DNA of 60,762 nt, the filler included. It is 8 parts of 8 records of this genome, joined end to end, with 100 filler letters (N's around TTAATTAATTAA, not from the genome) between each part and the next. Parts side by side here need not be neighbours in the genome. Positions count along the whole stretch, not along the records: positions 1 to 11,968 come from SRR31156797_151072; 7 more parts are not named here. One strand, 5' to 3'. The notes under the pieces were generated by a model. The model saw only the letters and a list, made by a program, of their open reading frames with translations. It was not told the DNA's origin and searched no databases. Below are positions 1-12,068 of the stretch, one piece after another. Made by a program: the position numbers and the translations under genes. Numbering within the stretch: position 1 is the first letter of the stretch; the number at the start of each line of letters is the position of its first letter.

Positions 1-1
1 A

Positions 2-334
2 CGCATTTCCATCGCCCGATCCCTGGTGCTGCGTCCCGACTTCATCGTGCTCGACGAACCGACCAGCGCACTCGATATGTCGGTACAGGCGCAGATCGTC
101 GACTTGCTGCGCGACCTACAGCAACGGCACAATATCGCCTATCTGTTCATCAGCCACGATCTCAAGGTGGTCCGGGCGCTGGCCCACGATATCGTCGTCA
201 TGCGCCAGGGTCGCGTCGTCGAGGCAGGCTCCGCCGATACGGTCTTCGCCGATCCGAAAGAACCCTATACCCGTGCCCTAATGGCCGCCGCCTTCGATAT
301 GCGGGCCGACGATTCGGGCATTCTGGCGACTTGA
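2..334 (+). CDS. Peptide/microcin-C-type ABC transporter ATP-binding protein, C-terminal part (5' truncated)
   Basis: The frame is open from base 2 (RISIARSLVLRP). Walker B IVLDEPTSALD, H-loop FISHDL and oligopeptide-ABC tail PKEPYTRALMAAA are present; YejF-like. Confidence 0.88.
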   Translation, partial: RISIARSLVLRPDFIVLDEPTSALDMSVQAQIVDLLRDLQQRHNIAYLFISHDLKVVRALAHDIVVMRQGRVVEAGSADTVFADPKEPYTRALMAAAFDMRADDSGILAT

Positions 335-385
335 CGGTCGCGCCGGCCACTAAAAAAACATGGAAACAGGTTGAAAGAAAATCCG

Positions 386-1321
386 ATGGCCATCCTGTTC
401 ATGAGCAAGGCACCGGGAAACACCGAAACCTACGTGCCGTTGCTTAAACAACTTTTGCCGGACCAGGATTTGCGCATCTGGCCCGATGCCATGGGCAATG
501 TCGAAGACATCGAATACGCGATCATCGGCGTGCCCGAATCCGGTGTCCTCGGCACCCTGCCGAATTTGAAGGCGGTTCTGTCGCTGTGGGCCGGTGTCGA
601 TTCCCTGCTGGCGGACCCGGTCTTTCCCCGCGATGTGCCGCTTGCCCGCATGGTCGATCCGCTGCTGGCCGTCGACATGACCCATTTTGCCGTCCACTGG
701 GTTTTGCATTTCCACCGGGGCCTGCACCGCTATGCCAGCCATCAAAGACAGGGTATCTGGAACCAACTGGCTTACCCGGAAGCCGCCGAAAGGCGCGTCG
801 GCATCATGGGCCTCGGCGTTCTCGGAACCGATGCCGCCACGACCATTGCCGGTCTCGGTTTTTCCGTTGCCGGCTGGGACGCAGCGGACAAGTCTCTTAG
901 CGGCGTCGAAACTTTCGCCGGTTCGCAAAATCTGCGCCCCTTTCTGGAAACAACGGAAATTCTGATCGTGCTGCTGCCGTTGACGGCGGACACCCGCGGC
1001 ATCATCAATTCGGAAACCTTGTCCTTGTTGCCGGAAGGTGCCTTCCTGATCAGCCTGGCGCGCGGGGCCCATATCGTCGACGCGGACCTGATCGCGGCCC
1101 TGGACAATGGTCGGTTGGCCGGCGCCGTGCTTGACGCCTTCACGGAAGAACCGCTGCCTGCCGATCATGTCTTTTGGCGCCATCCGAAGATCGTCGTCAC
1201 GCCGCATGTCGCCAGCAAGACGACGCCGCGGACGGCGGCAACCGAAATCGCCATCGATATCGGCCGTCTCATGGACGGCAAGATGCCGCGTCATATGGTC
1301 GATGTGGAACGGGGATATTAG
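386..1321 (+). CDS. ghrA: Glyoxylate/hydroxypyruvate reductase A (D-2-hydroxyacid dehydrogenase)
   Basis: AGVD motif, Rossmann GIMGLGVLG, LLPLTADTRG, ARG, LDAFTEEPLP and TPHVAS. ATG at 386 is preferred over TTG at 371. Confidence 0.88.
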   Translation: MAILFMSKAPGNTETYVPLLKQLLPDQDLRIWPDAMGNVEDIEYAIIGVPESGVLGTLPNLKAVLSLWAGVDSLLADPVFPRDVPLARMVDPLLAVDMTHFAVHWVLHFHRGLHRYASHQRQGIWNQLAYPEAAERRVGIMGLGVLGTDAATTIAGLGFSVAGWDAADKSLSGVETFAGSQNLRPFLETTEILIVLLPLTADTRGIINSETLSLLPEGAFLISLARGAHIVDADLIAALDNGRLAGAVLDAFTEEPLPADHVFWRHPKIVVTPHVASKTTPRTAATEIAIDIGRLMDGKMPRHMVDVERGY

Positions 1322-1339
1322 GTCTTTGCCGCCGGTGCG

Positions 1340-2149
1340 TTAGGCCAAGCCGCCGCCATAAACGAGGGCCAGAAGCACTCCGCCAAGCAAAATCCGGTAA
1401 ACGACGAAGGGTGTGAATCCCGACCTTTTGAGCCACGCCATCAGCAACGCAATTGAAATGATCGCCGCGATGAAGGCAAGCCCGGCCGCGAATATGGCCG
1501 CGGCAGTCAGCGTCGAATCCCCGCTTTCGACCAGTTCAAGCCCCTTCAGGGTTCCCGCCCCCAATATGGCGGGAATGGACAGCAGCATGGAAAAGCGCGC
1601 CGCGTCGGCCCGCTCGAACCCTAAAATGCGCGCCGCCGACATGGTGATGCCGGACCGGCTGGTGCCCGGGATCAGGGCCAGCACCTGGGCCAATCCGATG
1701 ACGAAGGCATCGCCGAACCCGAGGTGCTCAATCCGGCGGATGGTCATGCCGACACGATCCGCGACAAAAAGGACAATCCCGAAACCGAGCGTCGTCCAAG
1801 CAATCACGGACAACCCGCGGATGCCATCCGGCATGTAATGATTGAAGGCGTATCCGGCGGCAATGACCGGCAGCGTCCCGACGATCACTTGGACGGCCAA
1901 TCTTGCACCTGGATCTTTCCGGCCGGTGGCGGCCCGGAACAGCCCGACCAGCATGCCCCATATATCGCGCCAGAAATAGATGACCACCGCACCCAAGGTG
2001 CCGACATGGACGGCGACGTCGATGACCAGTCCCTGGTCCGGCCATCCCATCAAGGGGGAAACCAGCACCAAATGCCCCGAGGAACTGACGGGAAGAAATT
2101 CGGTGATTCCCTGAACAAGTGCCAGTACCGCTATATGTAGAAGATACAC
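1340..2149 (-). CDS. uppP: Undecaprenyl-diphosphate phosphatase (BacA family)
   Basis: QGITEFLPVSSSGHL and PGTSRSGITM signature motifs; multi-pass hydrophobic protein. Confidence 0.96.
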   Translation of the reverse strand: MYLLHIAVLALVQGITEFLPVSSSGHLVLVSPLMGWPDQGLVIDVAVHVGTLGAVVIYFWRDIWGMLVGLFRAATGRKDPGARLAVQVIVGTLPVIAAGYAFNHYMPDGIRGLSVIAWTTLGFGIVLFVADRVGMTIRRIEHLGFGDAFVIGLAQVLALIPGTSRSGITMSAARILGFERADAARFSMLLSIPAILGAGTLKGLELVESGDSTLTAAAIFAAGLAFIAAIISIALLMAWLKRSGFTPFVVYRILLGGVLLALVYGGGLA

Positions 2150-2327
2150 CGTTCTCGCGCCCCAAATATGGCGCTGTTATAACACCGCAACGGGATCTTC
2201 CCAACCCCAAACGGTTCGCATCGATCAACATCCCCGCAAACCGAATGCCAGACCGGGAGCAGCCATTCGAGATCCGGAACGGCAAAGACCGCTTTCCCAC
2301 GCACGGTTTAACGAACCGGCTTTTGTT

Positions 2328-3770
2328 CTAGCGCGGCAACCCGGAGCCGCCCATCAGAAATTCATCGACGGCGCGGGCGCACTGACGGCCTTCGCGAATG
2401 GCCCAGACCACCAGCGATTGGCCCCGCCGCATGTCGCCGGCTGCGAACACCTTGTCGGCCGAAGTCTTGTACCCTTCGGTATCGGCGGAAACGTTTCCGC
2501 GACCGTCAAGATCGACGCCCAATTCCTTCAGCATGCCCTCGTGCACCGGATGCACGAAACCCATGGCCAGCAGCACGAGGTCGGCCTTGACCTGGAAGGC
2601 GCTGCCTGGAACTTCCTGCATTGACATGCGGCCATCGACATCCTTGCTCCACTCGACGCGGACCGCTTCCAACGCGGAAACGTGTCCGTTCTCGCCGATG
2701 AAGCGTTTGGTCGCAACCGTCCATTCCCGCCGGCAGCCTTCTTCCTGCGACGACGAAGTCATCATCTTGAACGGCCAGTTCGGCCAGGTCACCAGCTTGT
2801 CGTCCTCAACCGGCGGCTGCGGAAGAATCTCGAACTGGGTCACCCAGCGTGCGCCCTGACGGATCGATGTGCCGATACAATCGGACCCGGTATCGCCGCC
2901 GCCGATAACGATGACGCGCTTTCCCTGGGCCGACAGTTCCTTGACGTTTTTTTGGTCTTCCCTGGCGATACGTCGGTTCTGCTGGGTCAGGAAATCCATG
3001 GCGTAATGAACGCCGTCAAGTTCGCGGCCGGGCACCGGCAGATCGCGCGGGCGTTCCGATCCGCCTGCAAGAACGACGGCGTCATATTCCTCGAGAACGC
3101 TTTTCGCCGGCACGTCGACACCAACATGTACACCAGGAAGGAACTTCACGCCTTCGGCCTGCATTTGCCCCATGCGCCGGTCGATCAGTGCCTTGTTCAT
3201 CTTGAAATCGGGAATCCCGTAACGCAGCAAGCCGCCGATGCGGGCGTTCTTCTCGAACACGATGACCCGATGCCCGGCCCGCGCCAATTGCTGGGCACAG
3301 GCCATTCCGGCCGGTCCCGAGCCGATGACGGCAACCTTCTTGTCGCTGCGGTGAGTTGGAATCTGCGGTCGAATCCAGCCTTCATCCCAGCCCTTGTCGA
3401 CGATCGAACATTCGATGGTCTTGATGGTAACCGGCTCGTTCTGCAGATTAAGAGTACAGGCCTGCTCGCACGGTGCCGGGCAGACACGTCCGGTAAACTC
3501 GGGGAAATTGTTGGTGGAATGCAGAACTTCGAGGGCCTCGCGCCACCGGTTCCTGAACACCAAGTCGTTCCAATCGGGGATGATGTTGTTGATTGGGCAG
3601 CCCGAATGACAAAACGGAATGCCACAATCCATACAACGCGCGCCTTGTCGGCTGACGTCGTCGTCCTCCATCGGAAGCACGAATTCCTCAAAATGGCGGG
3701 TGCGATCGCTGACCGGCTCGTAGGCGTGGTCGTGGCGATGGATTTCAACGAATCCTGTTGGCTTGCCCAT
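2328..3770 (-). CDS. gltD: Glutamate synthase small subunit
   Basis: MGKPTGF start, [34 protein letters not shown] and [15 protein letters not shown]; lies directly downstream of gltB. Confidence 0.98.
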   Translation of the reverse strand: MGKPTGFVEIHRHDHAYEPVSDRTRHFEEFVLPMEDDDVSRQGARCMDCGIPFCHSGCPINNIIPDWNDLVFRNRWREALEVLHSTNNFPEFTGRVCPAPCEQACTLNLQNEPVTIKTIECSIVDKGWDEGWIRPQIPTHRSDKKVAVIGSGPAGMACAQQLARAGHRVIVFEKNARIGGLLRYGIPDFKMNKALIDRRMGQMQAEGVKFLPGVHVGVDVPAKSVLEEYDAVVLAGGSERPRDLPVPGRELDGVHYAMDFLTQQNRRIAREDQKNVKELSAQGKRVIVIGGGDTGSDCIGTSIRQGARWVTQFEILPQPPVEDDKLVTWPNWPFKMMTSSSQEEGCRREWTVATKRFIGENGHVSALEAVRVEWSKDVDGRMSMQEVPGSAFQVKADLVLLAMGFVHPVHEGMLKELGVDLDGRGNVSADTEGYKTSADKVFAAGDMRRGQSLVVWAIREGRQCARAVDEFLMGGSGLPR

Positions 3771-3776
3771 CGGTGA

Positions 3777-6700
3777 TCATCCCTCCTGCGGGCTGTCACC
3801 CGCCCGTTCTCGTGGCCGCATTCCGCCCATTTTCAGTTTCTGCAACGCATCCCGGTAGTCGACCGGCAATACCTTGACGAATTTCGGCAAGTAGGCATCC
3901 CAGTTTTCCAGAATCTCGCGCGCACGGTCGCTGCCGGTATAGTTGAGATGGCGCTCGATCAGCCATTTCAGGCGTGGAGCGTCATCGGCAAGCATGTTCG
4001 CCAACAGATGCTCGCGCGACAAGGTATCCGGGATCATCTCGTCCTCGGGAATGCGCTCCAACACGACCATTTCGGTATTGCAGCGCTGCTCGAAGCGGTG
4101 ATCTTCGTCCAGAACATAGGCGACACCGCCGCTCATTCCGGCGGCAAAATTGCGCCCGGTCGGTCCAAGCACGACGGCAACACCACCGGTCATGTATTCG
4201 CAGCCGTGATCGCCGACACCCTCAACCACCGTGATGGCGCCGGAGTTGCGCACACAGAACCGTTCGCCGGCGACGCCACGGAAGTAACACTCGCCGGAAA
4301 TCGCCCCGTAAAGAACGGTATTGCCGATGAGGATGTTTTCGTGCGGCACCAACTTGCTTTCTGCCGGCGGGCGCACGACCAAGCGGCCGCCGCTGATGCC
4401 CTTGCCGACGTAATCGTTGGCGTCGCCTTCCAGTTCGAAGGTCACCCCGTGGGCCAGCCAGGCGCCGAAACTTTGCCCCGCCGTTCCCTTCGCCTTGATG
4501 ACGATCGTGTCTTCCGGTAGCCCCTTATGGCCGTAGCGAAGGGCAACCTGGCCGGATAACATGGCGCCGGCGGTGCGGTTGACGTTTCGGATCGTGGTTT
4601 CGATGACCACCGGCTTTGCGTCATCCAGGGCCGGTTTGGCTTTTTCGATCAACTCGTAATCGAGCGCGCCATCCAGGTCGTGGTCCTGATCCTGGCTTTT
4701 GTAGCGCGCAATCTCAGGCCCGGCCTCGGGATAATAGAGAACGCTGGAAAGGTCGAGTCCGTGGGCCTTCCAATGATCGCTGGCCTGCCGTGTATCCAGA
4801 CGGTCGACCCGGCCGATCATCTCGTTGACGGTGCGGAAACCCATCTTGGCCATAATTTCGCGCAGCTCTTCGGCAACGAACATGAAGTAATTGACGATGT
4901 CTTCGGGCTTGCCGACGAAGCGCTTGCGAAGCTCCGGGTTCTGCGTGGCGATGCCGGCCGGGCAGGTGTTCAGATGACACTTGCGCATCATCAGGCAGCC
5001 CTCGGATATGAGGGCGGCGGTGGCGAATCCGTACTCGTCGGCTCCCAACAGCGCACCGATCGCGACATCGCGGCCGGTGCGCATGCCGCCGTCCACCTGC
5101 ACCGCGATGCGGCCGCGAAGGTCGTTCTGAACCAGCGTCTGGTGGGTTTCGGCAAGGCCGACTTCCCAAGGCGACCCGGCATGCATGATCGACGTCAGCG
5201 GGCTGGCGCCGGTACCGCCATCGAGACCGGAAATCAGGACGCCATCGGCTCGCGCCTTGGCAACGCCGGCGGCGACCGTGCCGACGCCGACCTCGGACAC
5301 CAGCTTGACGCTGACCCGGCCTTTCGGATTGACATTGATGAGATCGAAGATGAGCTGCTTCAGGTCTTCGATGGAATAGATGTCGTGATGGGGCGGCGGC
5401 GAGATCAGGCCGACACCCGGCGTCGAATGGCGGACATGAGCGATGGTCGGATCGACCTTGTGGCCCGGGAGTTGTCCGCCTTCGCCCGGCTTCGCACCCT
5501 GGGCCATCTTGATCTGCATTTCGTCGGAATTAGCCAGGTATTCCGCGGTTACGCCGAAACGACCCGACGCCACCTGCTTTATCGCCGACCGCATCGAATC
5601 GCCGTTCTCCAACGATTGGAAGCGTTCGGGTTCTTCTCCGCCTTCACCCGTGTTCGAACGGCCGCCCAAACGGTTCATCGCCAACGCCAAGGTGGTGTGC
5701 GCCTCATAGGAAATCGACCCGAACGACATCGCCCCGGTGCAAAACCGCTTGACGATTTCGGTTACGGGCTCGACTTCGTCCAGCGGCACCGGCTTGTCGG
5801 CCGATTGGAAATCCAACAATCCGCGCAGGCTCATCAGGCGCTGGCTCTGCTGGTTCACCAGGTCGGCGTATTCCCGATACAGCGCATGGTCGTTCGTTCG
5901 AACCGCATGCTGGAGCTTCGAAATGGTCTCCGGTGTCCAGATGTGATCTTCGCCACGAAGACGGAAAGCCATTTCGCCGCCGACATCGAGTGCGTCCTGA
6001 TAAATGCTGGCATTGCCGAAGGCTTCACGGTGACGTCGCACCGTTTCCTCGGCAACCTCGGCCAGCCCAATCCCCTCGATCTTGGTCGCGGTATTGGTGA
6101 AGAACTTGTCGACGAAGTCAGAGGAAAGGCCGACCGCGTCGAAGATCTGGGCCCCGCAATAGGATTGAAAGGTCGATATGCCCATTTTCGACATGACCTT
6201 CAGGATGCCCTTGTTGACCGCCTTGACGTAGTTGCTGTGAATGTTCTTTTCGCTCAGTTTCTCCGGCAGCTCGTTGCGAACCGCCGACAGCGTCTCGAAG
6301 GCAAGATAGGGATTGATCGCCTCGGCGCCGTATCCGCCGAGCAGGCAAAAATCGTGAACCTGCCGGGCTTCGCCGGTTTCGACGACAATGCCCACCTCGG
6401 TGCGCAACCCTTCGCGGATCAGATGATGATGAACCGCCGCGGTCGCCAACAGGGACGGCACGGCAATGTGATCCGTATCGATCGCGCGGTCCGAAAGAAT
6501 GATGATATTGAAGCCGCGCGTCACATGATCGGTCGCTTCGTCACAGATGCGCTTGAGCGCCGATTCCAAACCGGATGCGCCAAGATCGGCCGGATAGCAG
6601 ATGTCCAGCGAGTGGCTCCGAAACGCGTTGTCCACTTTTTCGTGGATGTGGCGGATCTTTTCGAGATCGACGTTGCTTAAGATGGGCGACTTCACCTCCA

Positions 6701-8417
6701 GCCGGCGGTGCGAGCCGCCGGTTTCGAGATCCAGCAGATTCGGCCGGGGACCGATCAACGACACCAGCGACATGACAAGCTGTTCGCGGATCGGGTCGAT
6801 CGGCGGATTCGTCACCTGGGCAAAATTCTGTTTGAAATAGTCGAACAGCAGTTTCGACCGGCGCGAAAGAACGGCAAGCGGGATATCCCGGCCCATCGAA
6901 CCGATCGGATCCTGGCCACCGACCGCCATCGGGGACAGGAAGAACTTGATGTCCTCTTGGGTGTAACCGAAGGCCTGCTGACGATCGAGCAGGGTTTGCT
7001 CGTCCGGCGCCATGGCCGCCACTTCCGGAGGAAGCTCTTCGACACGGATCTGGGTTTCTTTCAGCCATCTATCGAATGGCTGCCCCCCGGCCAGTTGCTC
7101 CTTGATCTCGCTGTCGTCGACGATGCGGCCTTCCTCAAGGTCGATCAGGAACATCTTGCCCGGCTGCAGACGCCACTTGGATATGATTTTTTCCTCGGGA
7201 ACCGGCAGAACGCCGACCTCGGAACCCATGATCACCATGTCGTCGTCGGTGACGATATAGCGCGCCGGCCGCAACCCGTTGCGGTCCAGCGTCGCCCCGA
7301 TCTGACGGCCGTCGGTGAATGCGACGGCGGCGGGGCCGTCCCATGGCTCCATAAGGGCGGCATTGTATTCGTAGAAGGCCCGGCGCTTGCGGTCCATCAG
7401 CGGGTTTTTGTCCCACGCTTCGGGAATCATCAGCATCATGGCGTGAGCCAGCGAATAGCCGCCGTTGACCAGCAGTTCGAGCGCATTGTCGAACGTCGCC
7501 GAGTCCGAATTGCCGTCGCCAATCAGTGGCCACAGCTTTTCCAGATCATCGCCGTAGATGTCGGATTTCATGTTGTGGCGGCGCGCCAGCATCCAGTTGA
7601 TGTTGCCGCGAAGGGTGTTGATCTCTCCGTTGTGGCAGAGGTAACGGAACGGCTGCGCCAGTTCCCAAGAGGGAAACGTGTTCGTCGAAAAGCGCTGATG
7701 GACCAGCGCCAGGGCCGATTCGAACCGTTCGTCGTTAAGATCCCTGTAAAAACTATCCAGGTTTCCGGCCAGGACCATACCCTTGTAAAGAATGGTCCGG
7801 GAGGAAAAGCTGGGCATGTAAAAGCGTGATTCCGAACGGCTTTCCTCGTAGTCCCAAATGGCGTGGTGGGCCCGCTTGCGGGCGACGAACAACTTGCGCT
7901 CGAAGGCATCCTGATCGGATACGCCGGCACCACGTCCGACGAAAAACTGCCGGATCATGGGCAGATTCGATTTGACGCTGTAGCCCAGACATTCGGGATT
8001 GATCGGCACGTCACGCCATCCGAGCACGACATGCCCTTCCTCCGCGAAGACCTTTTCGGTGGTGGCTTCGTAGCGGGCCCGCGTTTCTTGGCACTGGCTG
8101 AGGAAAAGCATGCCAACCGCGTATTCCCCAACCGGCGGAAGCTCGATCCCGGCACTTGCACATTCCTCCCGGAAAAACCGATCGGGAATCTGCACCAGGA
8201 TGCCGGCTCCGTCTCCGGCCAAAGGATCTGCGCCGACGGCACCACGGTGATCCAAATTGACGAGGATCTGCAAACCCTGGCGAACGATTTCGTGGCTTTT
8301 TCGGTTTTTTATGTCGACGACAAAACCGACTCCGCAGGAATCATGCTCGTTCTTCGGATCATACAGCCCTTGTCGTTCCGGAAAGCCCGTGTAGCCCATC
8401 TTCCCGTATTCCCTCAT
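3777..8417 (-). CDS. gltB: Glutamate synthase large subunit
   Basis: HDSCGVGF Ntn-amidotransferase start, [28 protein letters not shown] and [13 protein letters not shown]. Alternative start at 8399. Confidence 0.98.
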   Translation of the reverse strand: MREYGKMGYTGFPERQGLYDPKNEHDSCGVGFVVDIKNRKSHEIVRQGLQILVNLDHRGAVGADPLAGDGAGILVQIPDRFFREECASAGIELPPVGEYAVGMLFLSQCQETRARYEATTEKVFAEEGHVVLGWRDVPINPECLGYSVKSNLPMIRQFFVGRGAGVSDQDAFERKLFVARKRAHHAIWDYEESRSESRFYMPSFSSRTILYKGMVLAGNLDSFYRDLNDERFESALALVHQRFSTNTFPSWELAQPFRYLCHNGEINTLRGNINWMLARRHNMKSDIYGDDLEKLWPLIGDGNSDSATFDNALELLVNGGYSLAHAMMLMIPEAWDKNPLMDRKRRAFYEYNAALMEPWDGPAAVAFTDGRQIGATLDRNGLRPARYIVTDDDMVIMGSEVGVLPVPEEKIISKWRLQPGKMFLIDLEEGRIVDDSEIKEQLAGGQPFDRWLKETQIRVEELPPEVAAMAPDEQTLLDRQQAFGYTQEDIKFFLSPMAVGGQDPIGSMGRDIPLAVLSRRSKLLFDYFKQNFAQVTNPPIDPIREQLVMSLVSLIGPRPNLLDLETGGSHRRLEVKSPILSNVDLEKIRHIHEKVDNAFRSHSLDICYPADLGASGLESALKRICDEATDHVTRGFNIIILSDRAIDTDHIAVPSLLATAAVHHHLIREGLRTEVGIVVETGEARQVHDFCLLGGYGAEAINPYLAFETLSAVRNELPEKLSEKNIHSNYVKAVNKGILKVMSKMGISTFQSYCGAQIFDAVGLSSDFVDKFFTNTATKIEGIGLAEVAEETVRRHREAFGNASIYQDALDVGGEMAFRLRGEDHIWTPETISKLQHAVRTNDHALYREYADLVNQQSQRLMSLRGLLDFQSADKPVPLDEVEPVTEIVKRFCTGAMSFGSISYEAHTTLALAMNRLGGRSNTGEGGEEPERFQSLENGDSMRSAIKQVASGRFGVTAEYLANSDEMQIKMAQGAKPGEGGQLPGHKVDPTIAHVRHSTPGVGLISPPPHHDIYSIEDLKQLIFDLINVNPKGRVSVKLVSEVGVGTVAAGVAKARADGVLISGLDGGTGASPLTSIMHAGSPWEVGLAETHQTLVQNDLRGRIAVQVDGGMRTGRDVAIGALLGADEYGFATAALISEGCLMMRKCHLNTCPAGIATQNPELRKRFVGKPEDIVNYFMFVAEELREIMAKMGFRTVNEMIGRVDRLDTRQASDHWKAHGLDLSSVLYYPEAGPEIARYKSQDQDHDLDGALDYELIEKAKPALDDAKPVVIETTIRNVNRTAGAMLSGQVALRYGHKGLPEDTIVIKAKGTAGQSFGAWLAHGVTFELEGDANDYVGKGISGGRLVVRPPAESKLVPHENILIGNTVLYGAISGECYFRGVAGERFCVRNSGAITVVEGVGDHGCEYMTGGVAVVLGPTGRNFAAGMSGGVAYVLDEDHRFEQRCNTEMVVLERIPEDEMIPDTLSREHLLANMLADDAPRLKWLIERHLNYTGSDRAREILENWDAYLPKFVKVLPVDYRDALQKLKMGGMRPRERAGDSPQEG

Positions 8418-8811
8418 TCATGAATTCCGGCGCAGCTAATTACATGCGTCCAGCGTTTCCACCAAGCAAAAACCGCCGTTTCCGCCCGATAATTCAAGCC
8501 GGCAGACGCATTCGCGCCCCTTTCGTCCGGCCGGATCAGCGGCCAAACCGATGATTCTCGCGTCACGTTCGCAAGCCCGGAGGGACCGGCAACGGTACAA
8601 ATCCCCGATACCGGGCAGTGGGAACCACCCTCCCCGATCCCCTGAACGGTGCGGATATTACCACAACGTCGGATTTGATTGGAACGCACCAATACTTTTT
8701 TTCGATTTGTTCCGAGGGTCCGACGCCGGGGAAAATCGCCGGGGCGGCAAACGCCACCCCGGCTATACCATTTATAACGATGTAACACTTCGGCCTTTCT
8801 GGCCGAGGGCC

Positions 8812-10419
8812 TCAGTCGGCCGGATGGATTGCCGCGGCGCGAACCTTGTCATCCACCTGGTCTTCAAACTGGGTGAAATTGTTCGCGAACCGGCGCGTCA
8901 GGTCACGGGCGACGGCATCGTAGGCCGCCTTGTCCTTCCATGTCTTGCGGGGGCTGAGCACGTCGTCCGGTATGTCCGGGCAGGATTCCGGCACCGCAAC
9001 ACCGAAGTTCGGATCCGTGCTCATCGGGGCACCGTCCAGTTTGCCCGCCAGAACCGCGTTGATCATGGCCCGGGTGTGTCCGATCTTCATCCGCTCACCC
9101 TCGCCAACGCCGCCACCGCTCCAGCCGGTATTGATCAGCCAGCACTTGGTCTTGTGCTCGTTCATCTTTTTGCCGAGCAATTCAGCGTACACCGTTGGTT
9201 GGCGAGGCAGGAAGGGGGCTCCGAAACAGGTCGAGAAAACGTCCTGCGGTTCGGTAACGCCGGCTTCGGTCCCGGCCAGTTTGGCGGTATAGCCGGAAAG
9301 AAAGTGGTACATGGCCTGTTCCGGCGTCAACTGACTGACCGGCGGCATGACGCCAAAGGCGTCGCAGGTCAGCATGATGATATTGTCGGGATGCCCGCCC
9401 ATACCGGTCTTCGAAGCATTCGGGATGTGTGACAGCGGATAGGACGCGCGGGTATTTTCGGTCAGGGAACCGTCGTCCAGATCAAGCCGCCGGTCATCCA
9501 TCTTGATCATGACGTTTTCCAGGATGGTGGCGAAACGCTTGGTCGTCGAAAAGATCTCAGGTTCGGCTTCCGCACTCAGGTTAATGACCTTGGCATAACA
9601 GCCGTCCTCGAAATTGAACACGCCGTTGGCGCCCCAGCCATGTTCGTCATCGCCGATGAGCGTGCGCGAACTGTCGGCCGAAAGTGTGGTTTTCCCAGTG
9701 CCCGACAATCCGAAGAAAATGGCGACATCGCCGTCCGCACCCTCATTCGCCGAGCAATGCATGGGCAAAATGCCTTTCGGCGGCAGCATGTAATTGAGCA
9801 CGCTGAAAATCGATTTCTTGATTTCGCCGGCGTAGCTGGTGCCGCCGATAAGAACCAGCCGCTTGCCGAGATGAACGACGACAAAAACGCCTGACCGGGT
9901 ACCGTCGGTTTCCGGTTCCGCGTGGAACCTCGGCGCGTGCAGAACCGTGAATTCCGGTTTGAAGTCCTTGATATTGTCGCGGTCGGCCCAGAAAAACATG
10001 TTGCGGGCGAACAGATTGTGCCAGGCCGTTTCGGTAATCACCCGAACCGGAAAGCGGTTGGCCGGGTCGGCAACGGCAAAGCAATCCTGAATGAACAGGT
10101 CGCGCCCCTGCAAATAGGCAAGCATGCGCCGATGCAGTCCTTCAAACTGCTCCTCGCTCATCGGGCGGTTGACGTTGCCCCACCAGACGGTGTCGTGGCT
10201 CGACGGTTCATCGACGACGAATTTGTCGTTTGCCGATCGGCCCGTATGGTGGCCGGTACGCGTGACTAGGGCACCGCCGTGTGCGAGCGTCGCTTCGTTG
10301 CGGCGGATGGCCTGCTCATAGAGGGCCGGTGTCGGAAAGTTCCAGAATGCCATTCCGACATTCTTGATTCCGTGATTGTCCAAGCCATAAGGGCTCACAA
10401 AGGGTCCAAATTCCTGCAC
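8812..10419 (-). CDS. pckA: Phosphoenolpyruvate carboxykinase (ATP)
   Basis: YAGEIKKS, GLSGTGKTTLS, LIGDDEHGW and TENTRASYP; GTG start preceded by GAGGAG; divergent from chvI as is usual in Alphaproteobacteria. Confidence 0.97.
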   Translation of the reverse strand: MQEFGPFVSPYGLDNHGIKNVGMAFWNFPTPALYEQAIRRNEATLAHGGALVTRTGHHTGRSANDKFVVDEPSSHDTVWWGNVNRPMSEEQFEGLHRRMLAYLQGRDLFIQDCFAVADPANRFPVRVITETAWHNLFARNMFFWADRDNIKDFKPEFTVLHAPRFHAEPETDGTRSGVFVVVHLGKRLVLIGGTSYAGEIKKSIFSVLNYMLPPKGILPMHCSANEGADGDVAIFFGLSGTGKTTLSADSSRTLIGDDEHGWGANGVFNFEDGCYAKVINLSAEAEPEIFSTTKRFATILENVMIKMDDRRLDLDDGSLTENTRASYPLSHIPNASKTGMGGHPDNIIMLTCDAFGVMPPVSQLTPEQAMYHFLSGYTAKLAGTEAGVTEPQDVFSTCFGAPFLPRQPTVYAELLGKKMNEHKTKCWLINTGWSGGGVGEGERMKIGHTRAMINAVLAGKLDGAPMSTDPNFGVAVPESCPDIPDDVLSPRKTWKDKAAYDAVARDLTRRFANNFTQFEDQVDDKVRAAAIHPAD

Positions 10420-10952
10420 TTTTTTATCTCCTCGCGCTATCGGGAAACCTACGTGCGGTTCCCCTGGCGGTTATCATTGCATCACGCAGCCGCGATCGTC
10501 GGTCGCATGGTTTTGCCCGGTTTCCGGTGCTTAATTTTGTTGTTGTTGAGCGAAACTCCTTTTTCGGCACCTGTGGCACCCGGTTTCGCTATTTGATGCG
10601 CCGCTATTAACGCATAACGAACCGGTTTTGCACGCGAAAAAAACACACAGACTCGGATATTCATCGGCACCGTGGAAAATTCGGGACATTCGCAGAGATG
10701 GAAGTTGAGCCCCGCCATTTAAAGGAGACATGATGTGAATAGAACGTGACGGCCAAGGGTCGATACGAGTGGTTTTGTTCTGGCGGAACGCCAGAAAAAC
10801 CGACCTATTGCCTGCGCCATACAACAGTTGCCAAGATTTCGCTATAATTTCGCCACAAACGAGCCGTCCATTTGCGGAACTCTTGCTGCCCTTCCCATAA
10901 ACGTCATGGTGGGATGCCAATAGGGCCTGGATATCGTAGAAGGGGGAACCAC

Positions 10953-11651
10953 ATGGCGCATTCGATCGCTCTGGTCGACGACGACAGGAATATCCTGACA
11001 TCCGTTTCCATCGCCTTGGAAGCCGAGGGATTCGAAGTTCATACATTTCGCGACGGCTATGAAGCCCTGGACGGATTGGAGCGTCAGTCGGTCGATCTCG
11101 CCGTGCTCGACATCAAGATGCCGCGTATGAACGGCATGGAACTGCTCGAGCGGATCAGACGGAAAGGGGCGATGCCGGTCATTTTCTTGACCTCGAAGGA
11201 TGACGAGATCGACGAAATGCTCGGCCTTCGGATGGGGGCGGACGATTACATCAAAAAACCCTTCTCGCAACGCCTTCTGATCGAGCGAATCCGCGCCGTC
11301 CTACGCCGGGCCGAGTTGAAAGACTCCGATATCGGAGAACGGTCCGCCGAAACGCTGCAACGTGGCCCCCTGCTGCTCGATCCGGCCCGTCACCTGTGCA
11401 TTTGGAACGGAAAACCGGTGAACCTGACGGTTACCGAGTTTTTACTGCTTCAGGCGCTGGCGAGACGCCCCGGCCTGGTCAAGACGCGGGATCAATTGAT
11501 CGACGCCGCCTATGGCGAACACATTTATGTCGATGACCGCACGATCGACAGCCATATCAAACGCCTTCGCAAAAAATTCCGCGACCTGGATTCCGAGTTT
11601 TCGGAAATCGAAACGCTTTACGGCGTTGGTTACAGATATCGCCAAGACTGA
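10953..11651 (+). CDS. chvI: OmpR-family response regulator ChvI
   Basis: [49 protein letters not shown] and [10 protein letters not shown]; pckA-chvI-chvG synteny; ATG at 10953 follows AGGGGG. Confidence 0.95.
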   Translation: MAHSIALVDDDRNILTSVSIALEAEGFEVHTFRDGYEALDGLERQSVDLAVLDIKMPRMNGMELLERIRRKGAMPVIFLTSKDDEIDEMLGLRMGADDYIKKPFSQRLLIERIRAVLRRAELKDSDIGERSAETLQRGPLLLDPARHLCIWNGKPVNLTVTEFLLLQALARRPGLVKTRDQLIDAAYGEHIYVDDRTIDSHIKRLRKKFRDLDSEFSEIETLYGVGYRYRQD

Positions 11652-11659
11652 TCGTTTCG

Positions 11660-11968
11660 ATGACCGGATCATCGCCCATCCACCGGCACCGCCGTGCCAT
11701 GTCCCCGATCACTTGGCGCATTCTTGCGGTCAATCTGTTTGCACTGGGTGTTCTGGTTGCGGGCCTCCTCTATCTCGGCGACTACCGCCGAAACCTGATT
11801 GATGCGGAATTGACGGCCCTGCAAAAACAGGCCGAAATATTTGCCGCGGCTCTCGGCGAGGGCGCCGTCGTCACCAATACTGCCGGTTCTTTTCTGCGGT
11901 TTCAGGCCTTGGTACCGAATTCGGCGAGACCGATGATCCGCCGGCTTGTCGAACCGACCGGAACCCGG
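11660..11968 (+). CDS. chvG: Sensor histidine kinase ChvG, N-terminal part (truncated by spacer)
   Basis: SPITWRILAVNL...GLLYL..YR..LIDA matches the ChvG/ExoS N-terminal TM-sensor region; directly follows chvI. Confidence 0.85.
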
Positions 11969-12068
11969 NNNNNNNNNNNNNNNNNNNNNNNNNNNNNNNN
12001 NNNNNNNNNNNNTTAATTAATTAANNNNNNNNNNNNNNNNNNNNNNNNNNNNNNNNNNNNNNNNNNNN
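11969..12068. other. Artificial contig spacer N44-TTAATTAATTAA-N44
   Basis: Identical 100-bp block occurs seven times; the 12-mer gives stops in all six frames; flanking genes are truncated. Confidence 0.99.

Noticed and set aside
4680-7829. Long antisense or alternate-frame ORFs over gltB (also over treS, malQ, the HzsA-like gene and the RTX gene)
   Set aside because: Typical shadow ORFs of GC-rich coding DNA, with no recognisable motifs or start signals.
8414-8788. 124-aa ORF between pckA and gltB
   Set aside because: No recognisable features; more likely the gltB promoter/leader region.
10573-10590. Sigma54 promoter TGGCAC...TTCGC upstream of chvI
   Set aside because: GG-to-GC spacing is 11 rather than the required 10.
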